A DNA stretch of 64,000 bases, from positions 102,996-166,995 of the forward strand of contig CAWFKR010000014.1 of assembly GCA_963816415.1 (NCBI GenBank). Reading direction: 5' to 3'. Positions within the stretch are counted from its first letter, which is position 1; each line of letters starts with the position of its first letter. The position numbers and the translations under genes were made by a program. The stretch comes from an uncultured Pseudomonadota bacterium. Lineage in GTDB: Bacteria > Pseudomonadota > Gammaproteobacteria > Burkholderiales > Casimicrobiaceae. The notes beneath the pieces are model-generated. The model saw only the letters and a program-made list of their open reading frames with translations. It was not told where the DNA came from and did no database searches. Below are positions 36,876 through 48,342 of the stretch, one piece after another.

Positions 36876-37207
36876 TGAACACGACGCGCATTTCCATTCT
36901 GCTCGCCGCGGTCTCGGCTCTCGCCTGCACCCCGGTCCTCGCCGCCGACATGGCGGCCGCGCAGGCGAAGGTCAAGGAAGTCTGTCAGGCCTGCCACGGC
37001 CTCGACGGCAACAGCCAGTCACCGGACTATCCGCGCCTGGGCGGGCAGCACGCCGACTATCTCGCGCGGGCCCTTCACGAGTACAAGTCGGGTGCCCGCA
37101 AGAACGCGATCATGAACGGATTCGCGGCGACACTCTCCGACCAGGACATCGACAACGTCGCCGCCTATTTCGCGGCGCAGCCGCAGGTCCTGCACACCAA
37201 TCCGTAG
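36872..37207 (+). CDS. Monoheme cytochrome c (c553-like)
   Basis: Signal peptide, CQACH, YPRLGGQH, RKNAIM. Confidence 0.92.
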   Translation: MMNTTRISILLAAVSALACTPVLAADMAAAQAKVKEVCQACHGLDGNSQSPDYPRLGGQHADYLARALHEYKSGARKNAIMNGFAATLSDQDIDNVAAYFAAQPQVLHTNP

Positions 37208-37262
37208 GCTGGGTTCGCGACGCGGGCTCGCGTTCCGTCGTGGCGCCCAGCCGCGCTCGCGT

Positions 37263-37688
37263 TCAGCGCGTACGCGCAAGGCAGTCGAGATAGAGCGCTC
37301 CGTCCGGCGCGCTGCCGCTGCGCTGCGCCTGCCAGATCACCTCGCCGAGGCACTCGAGGACCGCGTGGGCCGCCGCATGCGGATCACCGCGCGCCGCGGC
37401 GATCCGCTCGAACTGCGCGCGTATGCCGGGCGGCTGGTCGATCGCCAGTTGCTCCGCGACGGCGAGATGCAGCGACAGGTGCAGGAACGGGTTGACGTCG
37501 CCGTGTTCGGGGAGGAAGTCGCGCCCGATGTGGCGGTCCGGTGTCTCGAGCATCGCGTGGTACTCGGGGTGCATCGCGATCAGCTGCGCGGCGGTCTGCG
37601 CCAGTCCCGACAGCGGTTCGCCGGCGCGATGGCGGCGCCAGGAATCGATCAGGAACTGCCGCGCTTCGTCGCGGGTGGGTGCGAACAT
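37263..37688 (-). CDS. DUF1841 family protein
   Basis: MF.PTRDEAR.F, HPEYH, NPFLHLSLHL...EQ..IDQP.G. Confidence 0.85.
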   Translation of the reverse strand: MFAPTRDEARQFLIDSWRRHRAGEPLSGLAQTAAQLIAMHPEYHAMLETPDRHIGRDFLPEHGDVNPFLHLSLHLAVAEQLAIDQPPGIRAQFERIAAARGDPHAAAHAVLECLGEVIWQAQRSGSAPDGALYLDCLARTR

Positions 37689-37697
37689 CGGATCGGA

Positions 37698-38441
37698 TCA
37701 GCGCGCGCTGCGCCTCGCGCCGCGGCGCACCGGCGTCTCGCCGCGCGGCTTTGCCGCAGGGGCCGCCGTCTTGCGCGCCCCGGTCGCACGGGGCGGGGCC
37801 GCCTTCGCGGCCCCGGTCTTGTCGGGGTACTCGCACAGATCCGCGATGATGCATTGGGGACATTTCGGCGAGCGCGCGACGCAGGTGTAGCGTCCGTGCA
37901 GGATCAGCCAGTGATGTGCGTGCAGCTTGAACTCGTCGGGCGTGACCTTGAGCAGCGCCTGCTCGACGGCCAGCGGATCCTTGCCGGGCGCGAGCCGCGT
38001 CCGGTTGGCGACGCGGAAGATGTGGGTGTCGACGGCGATCGTCGGCTCCCCGAACGCGACGTTGAGGACGACGTTGGCGGTCTTGCGACCGACGCCGGGC
38101 AGTTTCTCGAGCGCTACGCGGTCGCGCGGGACCGCGCCGCCATGCTCGTGCAGCAGGATCTGCGACAGCGCGACGATGTTCTTCGCCTTGGTGTTGTAGA
38201 GACCGATGGAGCTCACGTAGGGGATGAGCCCGTCGACGCCGAGCCTGACGATCGCCGCCGGGGTATTCGCCACCGGGAACAGGCGGGCCGTGGCCTTGTT
38301 GACGCCCTTGTCGGTCGCCTGCGCGGACAGCACGACCGCCAGCAGCAACTCGAAAGGCGTCCGGTGTTCGAGTTCGGAGCGGGGCTCGGGGTTGGCGGCA
38401 CGCAGCCGCTCGAAAATCTGCCGGCGCTTCTGGGGGTTCAT
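37698..38441 (-). CDS. nth: Endonuclease III
   Basis: AVVLSAQATD, LPGVGRKTANV, IAVDTH, C.AR.PKC..C....C Fe-S motif. Confidence 0.97.
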   Translation of the reverse strand: MNPQKRRQIFERLRAANPEPRSELEHRTPFELLLAVVLSAQATDKGVNKATARLFPVANTPAAIVRLGVDGLIPYVSSIGLYNTKAKNIVALSQILLHEHGGAVPRDRVALEKLPGVGRKTANVVLNVAFGEPTIAVDTHIFRVANRTRLAPGKDPLAVEQALLKVTPDEFKLHAHHWLILHGRYTCVARSPKCPQCIIADLCEYPDKTGAAKAAPPRATGARKTAAPAAKPRGETPVRRGARRSAR

Positions 38442-38497
38442 CGTCGCACGATTATAAGGATCCTCGAACTCTTGCCCGGGCGCCTTTCCGCGGCGGC

Positions 38498-39091
38498 TCA
38501 ACCCGACGCTCGCGGCGCACGCCGGGCGCGGGCACGTTCGAGCGCGGCGTCGACGGCAGCCTTGCGCTTTCGCTCGTCGGCGGCGAGCGTCGCGGTGTCA
38601 CGCCTGGACGCGAGGCGTGCATCGCGTGCCCGGTGGCGCTCGCGCGCGGCCTGCGCATCGGATGCGCTCCAGGACCGTCCGGCGGGCACCATCGTGATGC
38701 AGTCTACCGGGCAGGGCGGGATGCACAGTTCGCAGCCACTGCACAGCGAGGACAGCACGCCGTGGAGCCGCTTCTGTGCGCCGATGATCGCGTCGACCGG
38801 GCAGGCCTGGATGCACAGCGTGCAGCCGATGCAGGCGCTCTCGTCGACGCGCGCGACCGTCAGCGGCCCGGGCGTTCCGCGCGTCGTGTCGAGCGGCGGG
38901 GCGCTGCGACCGAGCAGGGCGGCGAGCGACGCGAGCACGGCCTCGCCGCCGGGCGGACAGCGGTTGATGTCGGCGTCTCCGGCAGCGATCGCATCCGCAT
39001 ACGGCCGGCAACCCGCAAATCCGCAGCGTGTACATTGCGTCTGCGGAAGCAGGTCGTCGATGCGCCCGGCGAGCGCGGTGTTTGCATCCAT
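38498..39091 (-). CDS. rnfB: RnfB/RsxB-like ferredoxin, stand-alone
   Basis: [50 protein letters not shown]. Confidence 0.92.
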   Translation of the reverse strand: MDANTALAGRIDDLLPQTQCTRCGFAGCRPYADAIAAGDADINRCPPGGEAVLASLAALLGRSAPPLDTTRGTPGPLTVARVDESACIGCTLCIQACPVDAIIGAQKRLHGVLSSLCSGCELCIPPCPVDCITMVPAGRSWSASDAQAARERHRARDARLASRRDTATLAADERKRKAAVDAALERARARRAPRASG

Positions 39092-39157
39092 GCATGATTC
39101 TAGCCTGCGGTTTCGCAGCGCCCCGGCGGCGATCCGCACCGATGGGAGGCGTACGCC

Positions 39158-39814
39158 TTGACCGATTGCCCGATGCCGGCCGACCACTCCGCCAGGCCCA
39201 TCGCGGGTCCGGCGGCGAGCAGGCTCGCCCGCGTCGCGTGGCGCGTGCAGCGGATGACCGGCTGGTCGACGATCCTGGCCGAACCCGTTCCGTCGCGCTG
39301 CGTGATCGTCTTCTTTCCCCACACGTCGAACTGGGATTTCGTCGTCGGCCTGCTCGCGAAATGGGCGATCGGCCTGCACGTCCGCTGGGTCGCCAAGGAT
39401 TCGCTGTTCGAAACGCCGCTGGCGCCGCTGCTGCGCCGCTGGGGCGGGATTCCGGTGGATCGTCGCCAGCGCAGTGGCATGGTCGCTCGCCTGTGCGAGG
39501 CGATCGCCGCGAACGACGAGTTCAGGGTCGTCATCGCGCCCGAGGGAACGCGCAGCCGCACCGCGGGCTGGAGGTCGGGCTTCTATCGTCTCGCGCTGGC
39601 CGCACGCGTTCCGCTCGGCCTTGCGTACATCGACTATCGGAGGCGCGAGATCGGCATCGGGGCCTGGGTGGAGCTGACGGGCGACGTGGAAGCCGACATG
39701 GCGGGGATCGCCCGCTTCTACCGCGGCAGGATGGCGCGGCGGCCCGAACTCGCCGGTCCCGTCCGGCTCGACGCCACCGCGATGTCGCGCGAGAATGGGC
39801 AGAGCACGCCATGA
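39158..39814 (+). CDS. 1-acyl-sn-glycerol-3-phosphate acyltransferase family (PlsC-like)
   Basis: PHTSNWD, GGIPVDR, APEGTRS, W.SGFY. Confidence 0.9.
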   Translation: MTDCPMPADHSARPIAGPAASRLARVAWRVQRMTGWSTILAEPVPSRCVIVFFPHTSNWDFVVGLLAKWAIGLHVRWVAKDSLFETPLAPLLRRWGGIPVDRRQRSGMVARLCEAIAANDEFRVVIAPEGTRSRTAGWRSGFYRLALAARVPLGLAYIDYRRREIGIGAWVELTGDVEADMAGIARFYRGRMARRPELAGPVRLDATAMSRENGQSTP

Positions 39815-40902
39815 CGACCCGGCACAGCGACGACGCGTTCCACGCGCACACCACTCTTTCGGGGCAGTCCCCCGATGCCACGCATCCGGGGACTGTGGCG
39901 CGCGATGGCCGGGGTGATCACGCGGCCCCCGGCGAGGACGCCGGGGGCCATGGCCATCCCCATGTCCACGCCCATGACGGCAGCACCGTGCGCGCGCTGG
40001 CGTGGGCGCTCGCACTGACCGGGGCCTTCGCGCTGATCGAGGCGATCGGCGGCTGGCTCGCCGGTTCGCTCGCGCTGCTGTCGGATGCCGGACACATGGT
40101 GACCGACGCCGCGGCGCTGGGACTGGCACTCTTCGCGCAATGGGTGGCGCGCAGGCCGCCTTCGGCGCGCGCATCCTACGGCTATGCGCGCGCCGAGGTG
40201 CTGGCGGCGTTCGTCAACGCGATCGCGCTGCTGCTGCTCGTCGCATTCATCGCGTTCGAAGCCGTCAGGCGCATGCTCGTCCCGGAGCCCGTCGCCGGCG
40301 GCACGGTGATGGTGATCGCGGCGGCTGGGCTCTTCATCAACCTGGTCACCGCCTGGATCCTGTCGCGGGCATCGCGCTCGCAGGGGACGCAAAGCGTTCT
40401 ACTGCACGTCCTGTCCGATGCGCTCGGGTCGATCGCCGCGCTGGTCGCAGGCGCGGTGATCACCACCACCGGCTGGACGCCGATCGATCCGCTGCTGTCG
40501 CTCGTCACTGCGCTTCTGATCCTCCGTTCCACCTGGCGCCTGCTCGGCCAGACGACCCGCGTGCTGATGGAGGGCGTGCCCGCCCACCTCGATTACGACG
40601 AAATCGGCCACGCGCTGCTCGAGATCGACGGCGTTTCGGGGGTCCACGATCTCCACGTCTGGTACATGGACGCCGACGAAGCCGCGCTGTCGGCCCACGT
40701 GGCGATCGACAGCGGATCGCGCTGGCCCGCGATCCTCGACGAGGCGAGGCGCATGCTCGACTCGCGGTTCCACATCGACCACGTGACGCTGCAGCCGTCG
40801 TGGCCGCTCCAGCCGGTCTTCGGCGACCGGCGGGTGATCCCGATCAGATCCAGTGCGCGCGGCGGAAACGCCAGAACAGCAGGAGATCGACGACGAACAT
40901 GA
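39811..40902 (+). CDS. Cation diffusion facilitator, CzcD/ZitB-like
   Basis: His-rich N-terminus, [40 protein letters not shown]. Confidence 0.93.
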   Translation: MTTRHSDDAFHAHTTLSGQSPDATHPGTVARDGRGDHAAPGEDAGGHGHPHVHAHDGSTVRALAWALALTGAFALIEAIGGWLAGSLALLSDAGHMVTDAAALGLALFAQWVARRPPSARASYGYARAEVLAAFVNAIALLLLVAFIAFEAVRRMLVPEPVAGGTVMVIAAAGLFINLVTAWILSRASRSQGTQSVLLHVLSDALGSIAALVAGAVITTTGWTPIDPLLSLVTALLILRSTWRLLGQTTRVLMEGVPAHLDYDEIGHALLEIDGVSGVHDLHVWYMDADEAALSAHVAIDSGSRWPAILDEARRMLDSRFHIDHVTLQPSWPLQPVFGDRRVIPIRSSARGGNARTAGDRRRT

Positions 40903-41824
40903 TGCCGAGGGCGAGCGGGTAGCCGTGCTGCCATTCGAGCTCGGGCATGTTCTTGAAATTCATCCCGTAGATTCCGGCGATCAACGTGGGAATCGTGATC
41001 AGCGCACCCCAGGCCGCCAGCCGCTTGGTGACCTCGTTGTCGGAGATGCCGATCAGCGCCAGGTTGACCTGGATGGCCGTCGTCAGCATTTCACGCAGGC
41101 TCTCGATCGTGCCGTTGATCCGCGCCAGGTGGTCGTAGACGTCGCGGAAATAGTCCTGGGTGCCCTGGCACAGCTGCGGGACGCGACCGCCATAGAGCTT
41201 GCCGACCGCTTCCATCAGCGGCGAGACCACGTGCTTCAGCGCCATCAGCCTGCGCTTCAGCTCGTAGAGATCCTCGATCCTGCTGCGCGTCGAGCCGCTC
41301 GAGAACATCTGCTCTTCCGCTGCCTCGAGACTCGTTTCGAGCTCCTCGAGCACCGGGAAATACCGGTCGACGACGTTGTCGATCAGCGCGTAGAAGACGA
41401 ATCCCGAGCCGAGCTTCATGAGCTCGGGTTCGCGCTCGGTCCTCGCCCTCACCGCCGCGAACCCCGTCTGCGTCCGCTGGCGCACGGTCAGCACGTAATT
41501 GGGGCCCACGAACACCGCGACCTCGCCGACGCGCAGCTCGTCGGCAGCTCCGGGCGACTTGACCAGTTCCACCGGGTGCAGGACGGCGAACAGCGAATCG
41601 CCGTATTCCTCGATCTTGGGTCGCTGATGGCCCTTGCGGGCGTCCTCCACCGCCAGTTCGTGGAGCCCGAACTCCCCGGCCATCTGGTCGAGTTCCCCGG
41701 CCGAGGGCTCGAACATCGCGACCCAGACGAAGCAACCCGGCCGCTTCAGGTACTCGCTGATGTCCGCGACGGGGATCTCCGCGAGCTTGCGGCCGTTCTG
41801 GTAAGCGACGCAGGTGACGAGCAT
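40844..41824 (-). CDS. corA: CorA-family Mg/Co transporter
   Basis: HQRPKIEEY, GIYGMNF signature; 3' end overlaps the CDF gene. Confidence 0.93.
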   Translation of the reverse strand: MLVTCVAYQNGRKLAEIPVADISEYLKRPGCFVWVAMFEPSAGELDQMAGEFGLHELAVEDARKGHQRPKIEEYGDSLFAVLHPVELVKSPGAADELRVGEVAVFVGPNYVLTVRQRTQTGFAAVRARTEREPELMKLGSGFVFYALIDNVVDRYFPVLEELETSLEAAEEQMFSSGSTRSRIEDLYELKRRLMALKHVVSPLMEAVGKLYGGRVPQLCQGTQDYFRDVYDHLARINGTIESLREMLTTAIQVNLALIGISDNEVTKRLAAWGALITIPTLIAGIYGMNFKNMPELEWQHGYPLALGIMFVVDLLLFWRFRRAHWI

Positions 41825-42080
41825 GGCGATGCGGTTGGCGGGTCCGGCCGCACAATCATAGCGATCGCGGCAGCCGCCCGCCAGCGGCGCGATGCGGGCT
41901 TCCGACGAACGTTTCGGTTGCACACGCCGCCCGTGTGCAGAATGTCCGTCGAAGTCCGTCGACGGCGCCTGCTTGCACCCGTTGCCGGCACGCGGTGCAC
42001 CGGCGGGTAAGATGCAGGCACTTTCAGGCCCTGCCGGTTGACACGAATGCAATCCGGGGCCCAACGAACCGCGCCCTGAC

Positions 42081-43274
42081 ATGATCATCACGTCGCTGCT
42101 CGACACCGACCTCTACAAGTTCACGATGATGCAGGTCGTGCTGCATCATTTCCCCGAAGCCCAGGTCGAGTACCGGTTCAGGTGCCGCAATCCCGACATC
42201 GACCTGCGGCCCTACGTCGACGAGATCCGGCAGGAGATCCGCGACCTGTGCACGCTGCGGTTCCTGCCGCGCGAGATCGACTACCTGCGCAGCTGGCGGT
42301 TCTTCAAGAGCGATTTCGTCGACCTGCTCGGGCTGTTCCATCTCGACGAGCGGTTCATCCACGTCGCGCCGATGCCCGACAGCCACGAGATCGAGATCTG
42401 GATCAAGGGCCCGTGGCTGCACACGATCCTGTTCGAGGTCCCGGTGCTGTCGATCGTGTCCGAGGTCTACAACCGCAACGTCCACCCCGAGCCCGACTAC
42501 GCCGAAGGGCGCCGTCGGCTCGCGGCCAAGATCGCGCAGCTGAACGCGGTCCCCGACCCGGAATTCAGGATCGCCGACTACGGCACGCGGCGGCGCTTCT
42601 CGCACGATTGGCAGCAGGAGGTGATCGTGTCGCTGCGCGACGGCATCGGCAGCCGGTTCGTCGGAACCAGCAACGTCAAGTTCGCGCTCGAGCACAGCCT
42701 GACACCTCTGGGAACGATGGCGCACGAGTACCTGCAGGCCTGCCAGGCCGTGGGTCCGCGGCTGCGCGACTCCCAGGTGTTCGCGTTCAACACCTGGGCG
42801 CGGGAATACCGGGGCGACCTCGGGATCGCGCTGTCCGATGTCTGCGGCATGGACGCGTTCCTGCGCGATTTCGACCTGTTCTTCTGCAAGCTCTTCGACG
42901 GCGTGCGCCACGATTCGGGCGATCCGTTCGAGTGGGGCGAGAAGCTGATCGCGCATTACCAGAAGATGCGCATCGACCCGCGCACCAAGACGATGGTCTT
43001 CTCGGACAGCCTGAACGTCCCGCTTGCACTGCGGCTGTTCGAGTATTTCCGCGGGCGCTGCCAGACCGCGTTTGGCATCGGCACGAACCTCACCAACGAC
43101 CTGGGCTACGAGCCGCTGTCGATCGTCATCAAGATGACGCGCTGCAACGGTCAGCCGGTGGCGAAGATCAGCGACGAGCCGACCAAGGCGATGGATTACG
43201 ACCCGTCCTACGTCGCCTATCTGCGCGAGGTCTTCCAGGTGCCGCATCCATCACCGCCCCCCGCGGTTCGCTGA
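42081..43274 (+). CDS. pncB: Nicotinate phosphoribosyltransferase
   Basis: [43 protein letters not shown]. Confidence 0.96.
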   Translation: MIITSLLDTDLYKFTMMQVVLHHFPEAQVEYRFRCRNPDIDLRPYVDEIRQEIRDLCTLRFLPREIDYLRSWRFFKSDFVDLLGLFHLDERFIHVAPMPDSHEIEIWIKGPWLHTILFEVPVLSIVSEVYNRNVHPEPDYAEGRRRLAAKIAQLNAVPDPEFRIADYGTRRRFSHDWQQEVIVSLRDGIGSRFVGTSNVKFALEHSLTPLGTMAHEYLQACQAVGPRLRDSQVFAFNTWAREYRGDLGIALSDVCGMDAFLRDFDLFFCKLFDGVRHDSGDPFEWGEKLIAHYQKMRIDPRTKTMVFSDSLNVPLALRLFEYFRGRCQTAFGIGTNLTNDLGYEPLSIVIKMTRCNGQPVAKISDEPTKAMDYDPSYVAYLREVFQVPHPSPPPAVR

Positions 43275-43820
43275 GCCGGCAAGGCGCAACAGCGCGACCT
43301 GGTAGGTGGCCAGCGCCGCATCGTTGAAGCAGGCGAAGACGACGCGCTCGAAACCGGGCGTCCGGCGAACGAAATCGGCGACCTCGCGAACCGCGATTTC
43401 AGTGGCGGCTTCGAGCGGATAGCCGTAGACCCCGCAACTGATGGCGGGGAAGGCGATCGATTTCACGCCGTGCTCGCGCGCCAGCGCGAGGGAATTGCGG
43501 TAGCAGGCGGCGAGCAGCGCCGGTTCGCCGGCATCGCCGCCGCGCCAGACCGGACCGACCGTGTGGATGACCCGCCTGGCGGGAAGCCGGTAGCCGCGGG
43601 TCAGCCGCGCTTCGCCGGTCGGACAGCCGCCCAGCGTCCGGCATTCGGCGAGCAATTGCGGACCCGCGGCACGATGGATCGCGCCGTCGACCCCGCCGCC
43701 GCCCAGGAGGCTGCTGTTGGCGGCGTTCACGATCGCATCGACGGCGAGCGTCGTGATGTCGACGTCGCGCGCTTCGATGACGGTGTCGGCAATCGTAGGC
43801 ATCGGGGTGTGCGGGGGCAT
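43251..43820 (-). CDS. Macro-domain O-acetyl-ADP-ribose deacetylase, YmdB-like
   Basis: [52 protein letters not shown]. Confidence 0.93.
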   Translation of the reverse strand: MPPHTPMPTIADTVIEARDVDITTLAVDAIVNAANSSLLGGGGVDGAIHRAAGPQLLAECRTLGGCPTGEARLTRGYRLPARRVIHTVGPVWRGGDAGEPALLAACYRNSLALAREHGVKSIAFPAISCGVYGYPLEAATEIAVREVADFVRRTPGFERVVFACFNDAALATYQVALLRLAGSANRGGR

Positions 43821-43961
43821 CGGGGTCGTCCATGACCGGGAGGTCCGCGGCCCGCAGCCCGCAGGACGATCGCTGCACGCTACGCCCGTTGGTGCGCGCA
43901 ATGCAAGCGAGGGTATCGCGACCCGTGGAACGAAGGCGACGTGCGGGTGTAGAGTGAGCCG

Positions 43962-45782
43962 ATGGCAACCCCGATCCAGAGCGACGATCCATCCAGACCG
44001 GCGCGCGCGGCGCGGGCCGAGGCGTCGAGGCCGCTGCCCGACCGCCGGCTGGACGTGCGCGACATCCTGAAACTGCTCGTGGCGGACGGCCTCGTGCTTC
44101 CGGCCGATGCCGAGCGCATCGCGCAGTCGCGCACGCAGCGTTTCGAGCACCCCCTCGAGCTGATTGCCGACCAGAAACTCAAGTCGGCGGCCCCGCCGGG
44201 CAAGACGCTGAACCTCGAGTCGCTGGTCGAGTGGCTCGCCGGCAAGCTGGGTGTGCCCTACATGCACGTCGATCCGCTGAAGATCGACCTCGGGGCGGTC
44301 ACGGCGACGATGTCCAACGCCTATGCCGAGCGCTACCGGATCCTGCCCGTCGCCGTCGACCGCACGACGCTGACCGTGGCCACCGCCGAGCCTTTCGTCC
44401 GCGCCTGGGCCGACGAGCTCGAGCGCATGCTGAAGCTCAGGGTCAGCCTGGTGTTCGCCAATCCGGTCGACGTCCGGCGCTACGTCGGCGAGTTCTACAA
44501 CCTCGCGCGGTCGATGAAGAAGGCGCAGGAGAACTCGAAGGGCGATTTCACGCTGGCGCGCAATTTCGAGCAGCTGGTCGAGCTGGGCCGCCACGGGCAC
44601 CTGGACGCCAATGACCAGCACGTCGTGCACATCGTCGACTGGCTCTGGCAGTACGCGTTCGAACAGCGTGCGTCGGACATCCACATCGAGCCGCGGCGCG
44701 ACGTGGGGCTCGTGCGCTTCCGCATCGACGGCGTGCTGCACCAGGTGTATGCGATTCCGACGCTGGTGCTCAACGCTGTCACCTCGCGCATCAAGCTGCT
44801 CGCACGGATGGAGATCGTCGAGCGCAGGCGCCCGCAGGACGGTCGCATCAAGACCGTCGATTCGGACGGCGGCGAGGTCGAGCTGCGCATCTCTACGATG
44901 CCGACGGCGTTCGGCGAAAAGATCGTCATGCGCATCTTCAGTCCCGAGGTGCTGGTGCGCGACTTCACCGACCTCGGCTTCACCCAGGACGATCGCACGC
45001 GCTGGGAGCAGATGACCGGCGAGCCCAACGGCATCATCCTCGTCACCGGGCCCACCGGCTCGGGCAAGACGACGACGCTCTACTCGACCCTCAAGGGGCT
45101 GGCGACGCCCGAAGTCAACGTCTGCACGATCGAGGATCCGATCGAGATGATCGAGCCCGCGTTCAACCAGATGCAGGTGCAGCCGGCGTTGGGCGTCGAT
45201 TTCGCGTCCGGCGTGCGCACGCTGCTGCGCCAGGATCCGGACATCATCATGGTCGGGGAGATCCGCGACCGCGACACCGGCGACATGGCGGTCCAGGCGG
45301 CGCTCACCGGCCATCTCGTGCTGTCGACGCTGCACACCAACGACGCGCCGTCGGCGGTGACCCGCATGCTCGACCTCGGCGTTCCCGCGTATCTGATCAA
45401 TTCGACGCTGCTCGGGGTGATGGCGCAGCGGCTGGTGCGCACGCTCTGCCCGCATTGCAAGAAGCTCGCCGAGGCTCCGGACGACCAGACCTGGGCGCTG
45501 ATGACCGCGCCCTGGCGCGGCGAGAAGCCCGCGTCGACGATGGCCGCGAATGGCTGCCTCGAGTGCCGGATGACCGGCTACCTCGGCAGGATCGGCCTCT
45601 ACGAAATCATGCTGATGACCCCGGCGCTGCGCAAGCTGATCACCCACGATGCCGACGATCGCGCGATCCGCGAGCAGGCCTTCCGCGATGGCATGAAGCC
45701 GCTGCGCGTATCGGGTGCGATGAAGGTTGCGGCGGGGCTGACAACCGCCGACGAGGTCATCAAGGTCGCGCCGCTCGCCTGA
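43962..45782 (+). CDS. GspE/PulE family secretion ATPase
   Basis: [16 protein letters not shown], Walker [35 protein letters not shown], CxxC motifs. Confidence 0.93.
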   Translation: MATPIQSDDPSRPARAARAEASRPLPDRRLDVRDILKLLVADGLVLPADAERIAQSRTQRFEHPLELIADQKLKSAAPPGKTLNLESLVEWLAGKLGVPYMHVDPLKIDLGAVTATMSNAYAERYRILPVAVDRTTLTVATAEPFVRAWADELERMLKLRVSLVFANPVDVRRYVGEFYNLARSMKKAQENSKGDFTLARNFEQLVELGRHGHLDANDQHVVHIVDWLWQYAFEQRASDIHIEPRRDVGLVRFRIDGVLHQVYAIPTLVLNAVTSRIKLLARMEIVERRRPQDGRIKTVDSDGGEVELRISTMPTAFGEKIVMRIFSPEVLVRDFTDLGFTQDDRTRWEQMTGEPNGIILVTGPTGSGKTTTLYSTLKGLATPEVNVCTIEDPIEMIEPAFNQMQVQPALGVDFASGVRTLLRQDPDIIMVGEIRDRDTGDMAVQAALTGHLVLSTLHTNDAPSAVTRMLDLGVPAYLINSTLLGVMAQRLVRTLCPHCKKLAEAPDDQTWALMTAPWRGEKPASTMAANGCLECRMTGYLGRIGLYEIMLMTPALRKLITHDADDRAIREQAFRDGMKPLRVSGAMKVAAGLTTADEVIKVAPLA

Positions 45783-45859
45783 CCGGCAGTGCTGCTGCCG
45801 GCAGCCATGGCGCGGCGGCGTCGCCGGGTCGCCGCAGGGAGAGTTCTGCCGGGGAGGCG

Positions 45860-46144
45860 CTATTTCTTCTTGGGCAGGAGGCCCTTGTCGCGAAGCACGT
45901 CGCGCGCGATCACCCGACGCTGGGTGTCGGACATCTTCGGGAATGTCTTGCGAAGCTTCGCATCGGTGTCCTCGAAGGCGCGGAACGCGTGGGCTTCTTT
46001 CTCGCTCAGGCGGCTGTTCTCAGGCAGCCCCAGCGCCTTGCGGACACGCTTGCGTCGGGCATTTCCGAGAAGCGTGGCAAGAAGGACGACCAGCACGATC
46101 ACGGCGGCAATGATCGCGACGTAGACCCAGTGGAAACCGAACAT
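45860..46144 (-). CDS. Small single-TM protein of unknown function, paralog of 52248-52538
   Basis: N-terminal hydrophobic helix, then LGLP...AF.AF.DTD..LRK.FP..SD.QR..I.RDVL.DKGLLP shared with the paralog. Confidence 0.8.
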   Translation of the reverse strand: MFGFHWVYVAIIAAVIVLVVLLATLLGNARRKRVRKALGLPENSRLSEKEAHAFRAFEDTDAKLRKTFPKMSDTQRRVIARDVLRDKGLLPKKK

Positions 46145-46376
46145 GAAACGATCCTCGAATTGTCCGTGTCGGCGGGCGGCCGCGGCAGCGTCCTCCCCGG
46201 CATCATGATTAGGGGGAATTGGCGCGTTATCTTACTGGCTCCCGCGGGCAGGTTGAAAGCGCGGGCGATTCGAGCAGGGCGCAGGCGCCCGCATGGCCGC
46301 GACAAGACGCCGCTCGCGCCGTCGCGGGCGAGGAAGCTGATTCAGCGCGGGCGCGTCACTGCACCGCGACGCCGCA

Positions 46377-46907
46377 TCACCCGCGGCGCGCCCGACGTCT
46401 GATCTGGACGACGCCAGAGATGGCGAGCAGGCTCAGGAGTACGGCAATGCCCCATCGGGACAGCGCTGGAATCGGCTGCGAAGCTCCCGCGGTGGTGATC
46501 TGCACGGTTCCGCCCCAGGAGCCCAGGGTGCCGACGTTGCAGCCCCCGACCGTCCCTTCGGCCTGCAGGCCGACCGTGTGAGCACCGGCGCTGACCGGCC
46601 CCAGATTGACGAGGCCCGTGTTCCCGCCTGGCCCCACGAATCCCGTCACGGCGACTTGGGTGCCGTCGACCAGGAAGTGGATAGCGACGCTCGAACACGC
46701 GAAGCTGCCGGGCGTGAACTCGGCCTGCAGCAGCCCTGTCGTGGTGACGCTGACGTTTGCGATGTTGTTGCAGAGTTGGCCCCCTCCCGTGCACGTCGCG
46801 CTGACGGGGTAACTCGTGGTGGTTTGGGCGGTGGCGGCCCCGCTGGCCACAATGCCGGCCAGGAGTGCCAGGACGCAGACGCAGCAACGCAGCGCAGCAC
46901 GGTTCAT
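46377..46907 (-). CDS. Secreted protein with IPTL-CTERM sorting domain
   Basis: Signal peptide; C-terminus QPIPALSRWGIAVLLSLLAISGVVQIRRRARRG (motif, TM helix, basic cluster). Confidence 0.8.
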   Translation of the reverse strand: MNRAALRCCVCVLALLAGIVASGAATAQTTTSYPVSATCTGGGQLCNNIANVSVTTTGLLQAEFTPGSFACSSVAIHFLVDGTQVAVTGFVGPGGNTGLVNLGPVSAGAHTVGLQAEGTVGGCNVGTLGSWGGTVQITTAGASQPIPALSRWGIAVLLSLLAISGVVQIRRRARRG

Positions 46908-47053
46908 TCTTTCTCCCCCGGTGGAAATGAACGGTCCGAACGCGCGCGAAGTAATGCACATGTCCGGGACTACGTCAAGCCCCTACGTGGATGTAGTGGT
47001 CGGGGTGCCCAAAGCAAGTCCTCCGCGGTTCCGTCGCCGGGTTGGCGACGGAC

Positions 47054-47091
47054 CGGACTTTGCCGGATGCCGCTGGAAGTCGACTTGGCGG
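47054..47091. repeat. Degenerate copy of the tRNA-Ser 3' junction (att-like relic)
   Basis: 31/38 identical, ungapped, to 52765-52802; includes 14-bp exact CGGACTTTGCCGGA and TTGGCGG. Confidence 0.72.
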
Positions 47092-47225
47092 CCGGGAGGC
47101 GGTAGCAACTCGGGCGAGGATCGAATCACGTCGACCATGCGGTCGCAGCCGCACTCGCATCGCCGGCAGGTGCTAAGTTAGGTGCCTGTCGTCTGCTCGC
47201 CCGGGTCAATAAGGGAGGAGGAACC

Positions 47226-47459
47226 ATGTCAAGAGTTGCAGCGCTGGTGCTCATTGCGGTCCTCGCTGGTTTTGGATTCCACGCCCTCGCGCAAGTCCGC
47301 GCGGATGTGCGACCGCCAGTAACGTCGATTGGAACGTCATCATCAAACGGCATTTCGTTCGCTTGGCTTTACGATCCGACGGACCGCACCGTATATGTTT
47401 GCCGCACTGGGCAAGGCGACGGCGCCGTGGATTGCAAGGCGAAGACAACGCTGCCGTAG
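47226..47459 (+). CDS. Small secreted hypothetical protein
   Basis: GGAGGA RBS, signal peptide, two Cys (VYVC...VDCK). Confidence 0.7.
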   Translation: MSRVAALVLIAVLAGFGFHALAQVRADVRPPVTSIGTSSSNGISFAWLYDPTDRTVYVCRTGQGDGAVDCKAKTTLP

Positions 47460-47599
47460 AACGGACCGGTTTGGGCTTCTGGAGAATGCAGGGACGCGGC
47501 AGGCGACCTGCCGCCTCCGCGCCGAAAGCTTGTCCGGTGAATAGCCGGGCGGTCGCCGCCAGCCCATACGACCATCGGTCGCAGCAGGGGACCTGAGCA

Positions 47600-47920
47600 T
47601 CACGGCTTCGGTTTGCTTGAGTCCAGCGTGGGAGCGGGCACCGTGACACCGGAAGATGAGGTGCTGGCGGCCGCTGGGTTGGGTGCCTGCGAGCCGGATC
47701 GCGTCAGCATGGCTCCCACCGTGAACACTATGGCCGCAAGCACCAAGGCGCCAGCTGCGAGGGCGCCAATGCTGATGCGCGCCTTGCGGCTGAGCACCCA
47801 GAACCGCCTGCCGCACCTCCGGCAGCGGTAGGGCGAATGAAAACGATGGGACTCCGCTTCGGAGTGATGAAAATGCGAGCGCTCGACATCGGTACCGTGG
47901 CAAACAGGGCATCGTTTCAC
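47600..47920 (-). CDS. Zinc-ribbon protein with C-terminal TM helix
   Basis: GGAGGA RBS + GTG; CPVC...YRCRRC, hydrophobic stretch, Ser/Pro-rich tail. Confidence 0.72.
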   Translation of the reverse strand: MKRCPVCHGTDVERSHFHHSEAESHRFHSPYRCRRCGRRFWVLSRKARISIGALAAGALVLAAIVFTVGAMLTRSGSQAPNPAAASTSSSGVTVPAPTLDSSKPKP

Positions 47921-48027
47921 GGCAACTCCTCCGTGCCGGAAAGTCGCGTGCAGCGTGAGGCTGACGGGCGACCAACATGCGAATCGCAGTAGCGATATTA
48001 GCCTTGGCACCCTTGCTTCGGTAGGCG

Positions 48028-48342
48028 GTGTCCTACGACTCCGTCAGTGACCGTCCGATGGACGGAGCCCGCTCGGCGAGCGATTGTGAAAAGTCCGCAG
48101 ACCAATCGACACCGGACCTGGGGCCTGCAATGGACATGCACGTGCCTAACGCTGTATCCGAGGCCAATGGCCCATTGGCCCGCTCGGCGGTCCCGCCGCG
48201 AGTATGCCGACTCTGCGGGGCGCCGCTGCGAAGAATCCGGCGGCGCGGCATCGACCGATTGATCAGCCTGTTCCGGCCCGTGGCGCGATACCGCTGTACC
48301 AGCGTTTGCCCGTGGGAAGGGCGCCTGCGGCGTCCGCGGTAA
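48028..48342 (+). CDS. Putative zinc-ribbon hypothetical protein
   Basis: CRLCG..RRIRRR..DR...RYRCTSVCPWEG; start uncertain. Confidence 0.55.
   Translation: MSYDSVSDRPMDGARSASDCEKSADQSTPDLGPAMDMHVPNAVSEANGPLARSAVPPRVCRLCGAPLRRIRRRGIDRLISLFRPVARYRCTSVCPWEGRLRRPR

Noticed and set aside
36099-39091. Novel electron-transfer module (fdxA, two cytochromes c, DUF1841, nth, rnfB)
   Set aside because: This arrangement, including stand-alone rnfB next to nth, is ordinary in betaproteobacteria.
43251-45647. 798-aa minus-strand ORF appearing to fuse a long N-terminus to a macrodomain
   Set aside because: The N-terminal part is the antisense shadow of gspE in GC-rich DNA; only 43251-43820 has family motifs.
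43962-45782. Type II secretion or pilus cluster
   Set aside because: Orphan ATPase with no gspF/pilC or pilins in the window.
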